Shown: positions 43,987 through 53,168 of the stretch, piece by piece | Position numbering within the stretch: position 1 is the stretch's first letter | Layout of the letters: every line of letters starts with the position of its first letter | Virus record (IMG/VR): IMGVR_UViG_3300021062_000015 | Span: 1-61,979 of that record | DNA length: 61,979 nucleotides | Reading direction: 5' to 3' (one strand) | From: a virus | Lineage: Duplodnaviria; Caudoviricetes | Notes under the pieces: model-generated | What the model was told of the DNA's origin: nothing | Database searches by the model: none | Seen by the model: only the letters and a program-made list of their open reading frames with translations | Program-made: the position numbers and the translations under genes

Positions 43987-44465
43987 AGAATTCGAATATC
44001 GAGTGGGCGGATCCAATAAACAACAAGGCAACAGGCCGACAGCTTGGAGCTTATAAGAGCGCCGCTAAAAAGTCAGGATGCAGCCTTGAGGACTGGATGT
44101 TGAACCGCTCATTTGGAAGAGCCCGATGTTATCGATGCAAGACATGGAAGCTGACCTCAGCATTCACAATCGACTTATCAAGAAAATCTGGAAAGACCAG
44201 TATCTGCAAGAGCTGTATGTCAGAAGCCTCTACGGCATCACGATATAAAATATCGAGATCCAAATTAAAAGAATTTCGCGAAAAACACGGGAACCTTTGT
44301 GCGATTTGCTCATCCACTCAGATATTGTACATCGACCATAACCACAAGACGGGCGAGTTAAGAGGTCTTCTATGCCCAAGGTGTAACTCCGCAATCGGAT
44401 TATTTGCTGAGGATCCACACCGCTTGTCTGCCGCAATCAATTACCTTGGAAAATACAATGGGTAA
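43983..44465 (+). CDS. Endonuclease VII-like homing endonuclease
   Basis: CAIC...IDHNHKTGELRGLLCPRCNSAIG...AINYL. Confidence 0.85.
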   Translation: MKNSNIEWADPINNKATGRQLGAYKSAAKKSGCSLEDWMLNRSFGRARCYRCKTWKLTSAFTIDLSRKSGKTSICKSCMSEASTASRYKISRSKLKEFREKHGNLCAICSSTQILYIDHNHKTGELRGLLCPRCNSAIGLFAEDPHRLSAAINYLGKYNG

Positions 44466-45369
44466 AACAAACATAGAATGGGCAGATTTTACCTTCAACC
44501 CCTGGAAAATCTGCACTCCTGTTTCTCCAGGTTGCGTGAACTGCTATGCCGCAGCAATGGCCAAACGTTTTGGATGGGGGGAGTATAGGAAAGGAGTTCC
44601 GAGGCAACGCACGAGCGAAACTTACTGGAAGCAACCGCTGATGTGGAATCAGACTTTTGTTTGTGATGTGTGTGGAGCACCTACCCGAGATAAGCTCAGC
44701 CCTCGTTGCTCCCATTGTGGCGTTATCGGTTTTTGGAGAAAGCCCCGTGTCTTCTGTGCATCGTTAGCCGACGTTTTTGATCCCGAAGCACCTGATCAAT
44801 GGCGAGATGATTTATTTCAACTGATCGTTAATACTCCGAATCTCGATTGGCTCTTCCTCACTAAAAGGCCTGAAAACGCACTTCAAATCTACAACGATCT
44901 TTCGCTGAGTCAGTGGAATGGAATTAAAGAAAATCTTTGGCTTGGTGTTTCTGTGGAGAACCAAGAGCAGGCTGATAAGCGAATCCCCGAGCTCCTAAAA
45001 ATTCCCGCAAAAGTCCGATTCCTCAGCATGGAGCCATTGCTTGGACCTGTGAATCTAGAAAATTACTTTGAGAGATTCGATCATTCCGATAACTGCGAGA
45101 ATGACTTTTGCGCCTTGGCAGGAGGAATCGATGACTGTGATGGAGTAGTAAGCAAGGGGGTTGACTGGGTGATTGTCGGAGGAGAATCGGGTCCTGGAAA
45201 GCGCAAGTTTGAAACCTCTTGGGCCTATTCGCTTCGAGACCAGTGCAAAGCGGCCAGCGTTCCGTTTTTCATGAAGCAGATCGACAAGGTCCAGCCCATT
45301 CCAGAGGACTTACTCATCCGAGAATTTCCGAGGACTCCTTATACCATCGTAAAAACTTTAAACGCATGA
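44458..45369 (+). CDS. Gp37/Gp68 (DUF5131) family protein
   Basis: IEWADFTFNPW..CTPVSPGCVNCYA, VFCASLADVF, LTKRPEN, WVIVGGESG, PFFMKQ. Confidence 0.9.
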   Translation: MGKTNIEWADFTFNPWKICTPVSPGCVNCYAAAMAKRFGWGEYRKGVPRQRTSETYWKQPLMWNQTFVCDVCGAPTRDKLSPRCSHCGVIGFWRKPRVFCASLADVFDPEAPDQWRDDLFQLIVNTPNLDWLFLTKRPENALQIYNDLSLSQWNGIKENLWLGVSVENQEQADKRIPELLKIPAKVRFLSMEPLLGPVNLENYFERFDHSDNCENDFCALAGGIDDCDGVVSKGVDWVIVGGESGPGKRKFETSWAYSLRDQCKAASVPFFMKQIDKVQPIPEDLLIREFPRTPYTIVKTLNA

Positions 45370-45787
45370 AATCCCTTTCTCGACAAGACCGTAACTGGCG
45401 ACGAACTGCATTAAGTGGTCCTCCTCCTGAGGTCGAAAGACTGTCATTTGCAGCGTCCCTCCTCGTGGAGGTTTGGGGGTTGTCGGATTCCACTCATCAC
45501 TTCTCATTTCTAACTTCTCACTCTTCATGAAACCTCTCCTCCTCTTCTACCTCCATCTCCGCCTCAACCACTTACTGGAGAAACTCCGATTTCCACTACC
45601 GGAAACCGATCGCATCAAGATCCAGTATCAAATCGAGCGATTAGCCAGAAAGCGTTACCAGCTCATTAAACTCTAAGTCACATCTGTCCTATATGCTCCT
45701 ATCCCTTTCAAAAATCTTCTTCCCTTGGCGCCTTGGCGTCTTGGCGAGAGATCATTCTGCCTCTCCTCACAATCAAATCCTAGTCCG

Positions 45788-46138
45788 ATGTCCAAACCCA
45801 AGAACCACCTCAACCAAGTCATCCTCAGTGGAAACCTCATCAAAGAAGTCGACTTACGATTCACACCAAGAGGCAAAGCTATTGCCGAGACCTGCGTCGC
45901 GAGCCAGAAAACATGGAAAGATCCAGAGGGCAACGAGCATGAAGAGACCGATCTCGTCAACATCACCTTCTGGGGCAAAAGAGCAGAGATGGCAGCCGCA
46001 GTCTTGCGCAAAGGGGGTTTTGTCGATGTCGAGGGGAGACTTAAATTCGAGAAGTGGAACGATAAGAGCGGGGAAAAGCGCAGCGCATTGAAAGTCGAAG
46101 TCATCCACGTCCGTTACCCCACCGAGTTAAACCCATAG
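45788..46138 (+). CDS. ssb: Single-stranded DNA-binding protein
   Basis: LNQVILSGNL, LRFTP, FWGKRAE, LRKG..VDVEGRL. Confidence 0.9.
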   Translation: MSKPKNHLNQVILSGNLIKEVDLRFTPRGKAIAETCVASQKTWKDPEGNEHEETDLVNITFWGKRAEMAAAVLRKGGFVDVEGRLKFEKWNDKSGEKRSALKVEVIHVRYPTELNP

Positions 46139-46147
46139 AGCGCACCA

Positions 46148-46528
46148 ATGAAAATGGCCAAAGCACCCAGAGGAGAATGGGAAAGAGTGATGAAGTTCGC
46201 CCAGGAACTTGAACATGAAATCAAATATCGGGAGAAAACAAACGAACAACTCGGGGCTTGGGTTCGCAAGGCCCCCCCTCTGTTTCGCGTCATATTCGGT
46301 TATCAAGTTCTTGTCGATAATTGCTGTGACCCCAACGAGGACATATTGGAATTTAAACCGGAACTCAGAGCGATAGCAGAATCCAAGTCCATCGAATGTG
46401 GAAAGTATTCCATTAAGCGCCATCAAAATGGCCATCTCTGGATAAGCAATGAGATAGGCGAAGGGATGCAGGTTAACGATGAATTATTCGAGAAAGCACT
46501 CCACGCCTTCTTCCAAGAACATTTCTAA
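46148..46528 (+). CDS. Hypothetical protein
   Basis: Operon position. Confidence 0.6.
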   Translation: MKMAKAPRGEWERVMKFAQELEHEIKYREKTNEQLGAWVRKAPPLFRVIFGYQVLVDNCCDPNEDILEFKPELRAIAESKSIECGKYSIKRHQNGHLWISNEIGEGMQVNDELFEKALHAFFQEHF

Positions 46529-46566
46529 ACTTCTCCCTTCTCATTTCTAACTCCTCACTTTCTCCC

Positions 46567-46905
46567 ATGCTCCTCCCCGAACCCGATCTCTTCAACTACC
46601 GCCAAGGCGAAGTCCTTAAAAAGGAAGGAGCCGAGCGCGTCGTCGATTCCGAGGGAACATGGAAGGCAAGAGCCCTAGCTGTCGTCAAACACATCAGCGA
46701 GACCCACCCATGTTTCACGGCGGACGATATTCGGTATCACGCATCGGCCAAAGGCATTGGAGATCCGAGGCATCAAAACTCCTGGGGCGCCATCCTCATG
46801 GCGTGTTCCAAGCGAGGGATGATTGAGAAGACCGGCAAATACAAAAAATCCACCTTCAAATCCAACCACGCTCGGATGATTCCTGAGTGGACGAAGAAAT
46901 TATGA
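46567..46905 (+). CDS. Hypothetical winged-helix-like protein
   Basis: FTADDIR...PRHQNSWGA...NHARMIPEW recurrent phage motif. Confidence 0.65.
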   Translation: MLLPEPDLFNYRQGEVLKKEGAERVVDSEGTWKARALAVVKHISETHPCFTADDIRYHASAKGIGDPRHQNSWGAILMACSKRGMIEKTGKYKKSTFKSNHARMIPEWTKKL

Positions 46906-47804
46906 ACTCCCTTAGCTCCTACCCATCCATCTACGCAATCGGCCACAAGGCTATCCAGAACATCTTCGAATCCGATGTCATCGTAGAAGAGAAGATCGAT
47001 GGCTCCCAATTCAGCTTCGGCACGCACAAGGGAGAGCTCTTCTGTCGATCCAAAGGTCAGAGCCTCATCATCGAAGAGCCGGAGAAGCTTTTCGCTAAAG
47101 CTGTACAGGTTGTTAAGACTCTTGATCTTCGAGAAGGGTGGACCTACCGCGCCGAATATCTCCGCACTCCGAAGCACAATACCCTAGCTTACGGAAGGAT
47201 TCCGAATAACCACATCATCATCTTCGATATTGAGACCAGCGTCCAAACCTTCCTCTCACACGAAGGCAAATATCACGAAGCGCAACGGTTAGGCCTGGAA
47301 TGCGTCCCCGCACTTTTCCAAGGCAAGGTGGAGAACCTGGATCAATTCAAAACATTCCTGGAAAAAGATAGCGTCTTAGGCGGGTGCAAAGTCGAAGGAG
47401 TAGTCGTCAAAAACTACAACATCTTCACCGATCGCAAACAGATTGCTGTCGGCAAATTTGTCTCCGAAGCCTTCAAAGAAAAACACACCACCGAATGGAA
47501 GAAAACCAACCCAGGCCGACAGGATGTCATCGAGTTACTCGTCCAGGAGTACAAGACCGATGCCAGATGGCGTAAAGCCATCCAACATCTCAGGGATGAT
47601 GGAAAGCTAGAAGGATCTCCCAGAGATATCGGCAATCTCATTCGGGAAGTGCCAGAGGACATTCTCAAAGAATCTGGCGAAGAGATCAAAATAAGGCTGT
47701 TTGATTTCTTCTGGCCCCACATCCGTCGTGGAGTCATTCGCGGATTTCCAGAGTTCTACAAAGAAGAACTAGCCAAGAACGCATTCACCCCTACTGCCCC
47801 CTAA
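46902..47804 (+). CDS. RNA ligase (Rnl2-like nucleotidyltransferase)
   Basis: Motif I EEKIDGSQF, IFDI, motif IV EGVVVK. Confidence 0.8.
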   Translation: MNSLSSYPSIYAIGHKAIQNIFESDVIVEEKIDGSQFSFGTHKGELFCRSKGQSLIIEEPEKLFAKAVQVVKTLDLREGWTYRAEYLRTPKHNTLAYGRIPNNHIIIFDIETSVQTFLSHEGKYHEAQRLGLECVPALFQGKVENLDQFKTFLEKDSVLGGCKVEGVVVKNYNIFTDRKQIAVGKFVSEAFKEKHTTEWKKTNPGRQDVIELLVQEYKTDARWRKAIQHLRDDGKLEGSPRDIGNLIREVPEDILKESGEEIKIRLFDFFWPHIRRGVIRGFPEFYKEELAKNAFTPTAP

Positions 47805-47839
47805 TCACCCTTCATTACCCATAATTACCCCTTCTTCCC

Positions 47840-48921
47840 ATGAAACCCATCATCGACTACCTCATCCTCGCCTTTCTCTTCATCGGCCTCAGCGGGCTCA
47901 ACGCCTATTACGGAGAGTGGGAGACAGCCAGCGCATGGTTCGTAGCCTTTGTCTTCTACACCTTGTGGCACGCAAGTCTGTACCTCGTTTCCACCACGCA
48001 GAAGAAGGAAATCAATAACAACACAACCACCAGCAACCAACCCTCTTACCTCCCATAGGCTATCGGCTATTTGCGATTGGCTATTACTTCCCCATGCCCC
48101 ACCTCTTCGAAATCACCTTACTGCGGGTCCGCAAGGATCGAGTCACCGTTCGGGTCCGAGCCAAGAACGAGAAGGAAGCCAGGGAGAGAATCGACCAGAT
48201 CAAAGCAACCGACGGCATCGATTGGGGTAAGACCAAAACTCAACTTCACATCCGCAACTGCCAAGAAATCAAACCCATCATCGTTAAATGAACAATACAG
48301 TTACAAGCGATCCCGCCTACCAAGCCGAGCAAGAAAAGATTCAGCTCATGGGCCGAGTCTACCGCGATCGTGCCAGCAAAGAAGAGCTAGCGAGCTTAGC
48401 CAAAAAGAGCTGCAAGAAATGCTACGGCAGGGGGCATCTTGGGGTGCAATTCGGCAAAGATCATCTCATTTCCTGTTCCTGCGCCAGGAAAACAATCCGC
48501 GCCTACGCCGTCAAAGCCACCACGCCGAAGCCATAATTACTCTCAACTATCCACTCTCAACCTTCTTCCCCATGGACCTCCTTCTCTCCATCCTCTTCTC
48601 CCTCATCGTAGGCCTGGCCATCGGCGCCATCCTAGAATTCCGTTACATCGCCTGGAGGGTCCGCTCCTTCCATAAGAAGTGCGATCACCTGGGGGATAAC
48701 TACGGCCGAGCCACCGTCGAAGAACTCTCAGAAGACTTACACATCCATTTATGAAAACTATCAAACTCCACAGACAAGCCAGAGACTACATCCTTCAACT
48801 CTACCGCCATCGGCCCGTTAAAGAAGCCGCCAAAGAGGCAGGCTGTTCCCAGGGAATGGCCAGCCTACGTTACCGAATTCTAGGAATCCGCCGCCCTCAC
48901 GATCACCGCTGCAAAGCATAA
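47840..48921 (+). other. Run of small early ORFs (47840-48058 membrane, 48094-48291, 48288-48536 Zn-finger, 48572-48754 membrane, 48751-48921 HTH-like)
   Basis: Same strand, several ATGA overlaps. Confidence 0.55.
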
Positions 48922-48993
48922 CTTCCCGAAGGTCGCGCCGTAGCTCATAGAGCGAAGGCGGATCACTCCCTCACTCCTAACTTCTCACTCCAC

Positions 48994-49212
48994 ATGAAGC
49001 CTCTCCACAACCTATCCCACCGCCGAAGACTGGGCGACAACATCACCACTTTCAGAAAAGAGCAAGGTCTTACCCAGACAGCCTTAGCTGAAAAGATCGA
49101 TGCCCACTGGACTTACATCTCAAGGATTGAAAGAGGCTGTGTCAACCTCCCCATCGATACCTTGGTCAGGATCTGCAAGGCACTCAATTGTCCACCGAGC
49201 CAGTTACTCTAA
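48994..49212 (+). CDS. XRE-family HTH regulator
   Basis: LGDNI..FRKEQGLTQTALAE...YISRIERG..N..IDTLVRICKAL. Confidence 0.9.
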   Translation: MKPLHNLSHRRRLGDNITTFRKEQGLTQTALAEKIDAHWTYISRIERGCVNLPIDTLVRICKALNCPPSQLL

Positions 49213-49866
49213 ATGAAACTCATCATTTCAACCCTCCTTCTGTCAGCCATCATCCTCATCGGTGTTGGCACCTATTCGGCCAACGTTCCAAAGTGCGAAC
49301 CATTCCCTGAGAAAGAGCACTACCTCCATCAGCGCAGCAGGGAATCCATACAGGCAATTCTCAATCAAAACGAACTCTTATACCCAAAACCCGGCCATGT
49401 CATCCGAGCCCTGCACGACACCAACGGCAACGCCTTCTGTCGCATCACCTTCAAATGGGCTCCCAAGGACCCCGATCCCAAAGAAATCCTCAAACAAAAA
49501 GCCATCGAAGCTCATCAGAAAAAAATCGAAGATGCCAAAAAAGCCGAGGAACTCCGGCTCCAGCAGGACATAGCCAAATTCAAAAAGCTCCTCAAACAAG
49601 TCCTGCAGCTCGACGTCGAGCCGGATGGCACCTCCTATAAGATCGACAAAGTAACCATCAGTTTATCGTATGGCACCACCAACGGGTTCGACGTCCTAAC
49701 GTGGGATGGAGCAACCCAAAGCTATCGCACAGAATCAAAATCCGCAGTCTATCACCTGCGAGCTGTTTCTCCAAACACCCACTGGCGCCAGCTTCACCAC
49801 AATTCCGCCTACAACGGAATCATCATCCACAACCTCTCAGATCTAGGAGCCCTGCTCTCCCAATAA
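49213..49866 (+). CDS. Exported hypothetical protein
   Basis: Signal-peptide-like N-terminus. Confidence 0.6.
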   Translation: MKLIISTLLLSAIILIGVGTYSANVPKCEPFPEKEHYLHQRSRESIQAILNQNELLYPKPGHVIRALHDTNGNAFCRITFKWAPKDPDPKEILKQKAIEAHQKKIEDAKKAEELRLQQDIAKFKKLLKQVLQLDVEPDGTSYKIDKVTISLSYGTTNGFDVLTWDGATQSYRTESKSAVYHLRAVSPNTHWRQLHHNSAYNGIIIHNLSDLGALLSQ

Positions 49867-49882
49867 GTCCTATACGTCCTAT

Positions 49883-50179
49883 ATGTCCACTCTTCGCCAC
49901 ATCTCCAAAGCTCAATCCCGCAGGCTCTACAAATACCGTAAAGCCAGAAAAGAGTATTTAGAAGAGCACCCCGTGTGCGAAGTCTGCGATCACCAAAGAG
50001 CTACAGAGATCCATCACAAGAAGGGGAAACTAGGAGTGTTACTTTGGGATAAGAGATTCTTCCTGGCTACGGATTTCGAATGTCACCGGCGCCTGGAGAA
50101 CAACCGAGCCGCTGCCCGAGCCAAAGGCTACCTCCTCGATCGAGTGGCGGAGAGTAATTACCGGAGGGAAACTTTATGA
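49883..50179 (+). CDS. Small HNH-fold nuclease
   Basis: HPVCEVC...ATEIHHKKG...ECHRR. Confidence 0.7.
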   Translation: MSTLRHISKAQSRRLYKYRKARKEYLEEHPVCEVCDHQRATEIHHKKGKLGVLLWDKRFFLATDFECHRRLENNRAAARAKGYLLDRVAESNYRRETL

Positions 50180-52017
50180 AAAATATCCACCAAAGAATCA
50201 AAGACAAGCTCGCTAAAGGAGAGACGATCTACTCTAAAGCCGCCGGAAGATGGGGAGAGATTATTGGAGTTGATGATCCTCCTTACAGCCTTGTGCGCTT
50301 TAAGCTTCATCGGACACCGAAAAGAATTGCCGTTACATCATTCCTTGGAGGAGATCCTGTTCGCTTAATCAGGGGATGGCGTCTTCGGGAGTGGTTGCTT
50401 GTGAATGTATGGAACAAATCGACAAGTAACCGTCAGCAAGGCAAGCGAGCACAAAGAACCCAATAATTTATGAGCACACCACAACACTACAGGCTTTTGA
50501 ACGAAGGAGAAATCATCCAAGAGGGGGATGAGTATATAAGCACGATGAGCGAATGGGTCTCATGTGAAGAGAGTCACGGCTTAATAGGACATAAGGTAGA
50601 AGCTATTGAAACTAAGTTTCGCCGCCCCATCTCTTACTTCGTAGATGAGGGAGACAAGCATATTGTTGAATCGCGGTCGCGGTCTTCTTCGGGGGAGTCA
50701 TCCGTCAAGATAGCGTCACCGCCACCAATAGATCCACCTTACGACCTAGATCGAAATGCGAATGGATGGACGATTAGTAAGAGATATGAAGATAGTGCCA
50801 AGAAAGCTTATGTCTTTCTATCCCTCCAAGAACTCTTTGAGTGGCTGAGTCCGATAGAGGAAGGGAGGAAGGGATGACCGACAAAGAAAGAATCCTTACG
50901 GCTCTTGTAAGAGAGCTGAGGACTACTTTTTGCTTAGCCAAAAATCCGAAGGGATGGGGTGAGGAGCACTTTGAAGGTCGTGGCGGTAGCGGTGTTTATA
51001 CACACTTTGCTCCTTGGATTACGAAGCTGACTCCGGGGATGTTGGTTTTATGTGAAACAATGATGTTGAATGAGTTCTCTATTGGCATCGTTGTTAGTCA
51101 AATCGCATCAGATACGTGCATTATCAGAGAGATTGGAACTTCGAGGGAGTGCAAGGTAGGCAATGAAAACTTTACTCCCATCATCGGGATGAGCGAAGAA
51201 AAACTCCTTGAGGGAGATAAATACCTCTTCAGGATAAAACTCTTAAAGGCACTCAGAAAAGCAGATGACTATTGGCATCGGTTCGGTGGAGTGAGGTTTG
51301 ATGGCGATAAAGCTATTATCACTGTTTGCGAAAGATATGGCGGAATGCTTTCCGGCGACAAGGAAAGTGTTCCTTACGAGATAGAAATTCCGTGGTCTAA
51401 ACGTGCGTCAATAAAGTCAATCGTCGCAGCTATGTTGGCTCAAGGATTTGGGAAGCGAGAGTTTGTCCGAAAAACTTCTGAAACCACTCCAACCCCTAGC
51501 GACACCCACAACTCCAAAAATATATGATTCCTCCTCCTCCAACATGGTTACAAGAAAAGGTGGTTTCTTTAGAAATGTCCCTAAGCTTGTGGGGAGAGAT
51601 TATAGCTCTAACAGTCGTCATGACTCTCATTATTTGTGGCATTGCCTACTTCGGCTTCAGAGGCATCGTCTACACCTTCAAATCCTTCCGAGACTTATTT
51701 AAATCATGACAACTCACACGCAATTCATTGAGCAAGATATTGCCCTTCTCGACTCCGTGATTGAGATGAAGAAAAGCCTTAATTGGCCCGTAGATCATGC
51801 TCCCGTGAATCCTTGGGGATACAAGAATCTGCATCTTGTTCAGATACAGCCCGATTCAGGGCAAGTATTCCTAACTTACTCGAACTTCCAAACAACGCTT
51901 CAGCTTCAGAAGCTCCATATCAAAGACCTCTTTGAGTTGATTGTTTGCCTTCAGAAGATGCTCAAACGAGAAGAGGTTGTCACTCCGAGCGAGAGCGCAC
52001 AGGAATCCCAAAAGTGA
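50176..52017 (+). other. Run of early ORFs (50176-50466, 50470-50877, 50874-51527, 51524-51709 membrane, 51706-52017)
   Basis: Tightly packed with ATGA overlaps. Confidence 0.6.
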
Positions 52018-52361
52018 ATCCACACCAACTTAAACGCCTTTTCCCGCATGTCTCAAAATCCGTACTCCGAGCCAATCAAGATAACCCTGATGATCCCGGA
52101 AGCTCCAAGGAGTCCGAACAGGTGGATCAAACACGGTTTAGCGAAACATGCGGAAGTGAAGAGATGGGAGCACAATATCGCCTGTGCCGTGTTGAGATTG
52201 AGTTCTACACAAAGCATGCCGTCAAATTGGATGAAGATAATCGCCGATACGTTGCGAAGCCAATCCTCGATGCATTGGTCAACCTTGGTTTCGCTAGCGA
52301 TGACAAAGATATCACGACGGAAACCACGCAAAGGGTGGGTAAAGCTAACTCTGATATTTGA
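52014..52361 (+). CDS. RusA-like Holliday junction resolvase, catalytic half
   Basis: VEIEFY...LDEDN...KPILDAL...GFASDD; GTGA-coupled start. Confidence 0.7.
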   Translation: MNPHQLKRLFPHVSKSVLRANQDNPDDPGSSKESEQVDQTRFSETCGSEEMGAQYRLCRVEIEFYTKHAVKLDEDNRRYVAKPILDALVNLGFASDDKDITTETTQRVGKANSDI

Positions 52362-52374
52362 GAGAATTAACTAA
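52048..52374 (+). CDS. Overlapping ORF carrying a RusA-like N-terminal half
   Basis: ITLMIPEAPRSPNRW...EVKRWEHNIA resembles the RusA beta1-PxSxN-helix start. Confidence 0.5.
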   Translation: MSQNPYSEPIKITLMIPEAPRSPNRWIKHGLAKHAEVKRWEHNIACAVLRLSSTQSMPSNWMKIIADTLRSQSSMHWSTLVSLAMTKISRRKPRKGWVKLTLIFERIN

Positions 52375-52714
52375 TTTTATGCTAACTGAAATTCAAATAA
52401 ACGAAATGCTAGAGGCTGCAAAGCCATCCATTATCAACGGGTTTAAAGAGGAGATCTCTAAAAACATCACATGGGAGATTCGCGAGAAAGCTGCGGCCGT
52501 CATACAGAAAGAGGTTGAGGCTTGGGTTAAGGAGAATGTTATTCCTGAAGTTCTTAAGGGGTTAACGGAAAGAAAAGAGGGGTTTATCGGCTTAGGCGTG
52601 GAGTTCGGTCAACAGGCCGTGCAACTCATTTCTCAAAGCATGACGGATACGCTCAAGAAGAAGTTGGAGAGTTCTTGGGAAAGAAAGAAAATCTTTACGG
52701 CGATGATGGACTAA
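52358..52714 (+). CDS. Hypothetical helical protein
   Basis: Operon position; start may be ATG 52379. Confidence 0.6.
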   Translation: MRELTNFMLTEIQINEMLEAAKPSIINGFKEEISKNITWEIREKAAAVIQKEVEAWVKENVIPEVLKGLTERKEGFIGLGVEFGQQAVQLISQSMTDTLKKKLESSWERKKIFTAMMD

Positions 52715-52718
52715 TTCT

Positions 52719-53168
52719 ATGAAACCCTCCCTCTACCTCCTCACCCTCCTCCTCTTCGCATCGGGCTGCACCAAACGAGAAGAAAAGCCCCATACGTGGA
52801 ATCCTGTAAGCAACTCCCCAAAAATCTCTGTCTCTCAAGATAAAGACTCTTGGATCATCTCTAACAATCACGGGAGAGAAGAACACAAGTATGGGTTAAT
52901 TGTGGGGCCTGTCTTACATCGGGGAGTTGACTATCGCTTAACCTTTTCCGTGAAGGCAGAGAAAGCCAATGGCTTAGCTCTTACGGTGGTTACGAATACG
53001 GCCCACAACACTTGGTATCAAGCCGAAGTCTTCCCGCATGGCTCTACCTTCGATTGGCAGAAACGGTCCTATCAGTTCAGGCCGAGCGCAGAGACGCAAG
53101 TGATGTTCTTGAGTCAGGACCATGGGCGCGTGGAATTGAGAGACATTCAGATTGAGAGGGTGAAGTGA
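52719..53168 (+). CDS. Lipoprotein with carbohydrate-binding-module-like beta sandwich
   Basis: ASGC lipobox; YRLTFSVKAE, GSTFDWQK, GRVELRDIQI patterns. Confidence 0.6.
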   Translation: MKPSLYLLTLLLFASGCTKREEKPHTWNPVSNSPKISVSQDKDSWIISNNHGREEHKYGLIVGPVLHRGVDYRLTFSVKAEKANGLALTVVTNTAHNTWYQAEVFPHGSTFDWQKRSYQFRPSAETQVMFLSQDHGRVELRDIQIERVK

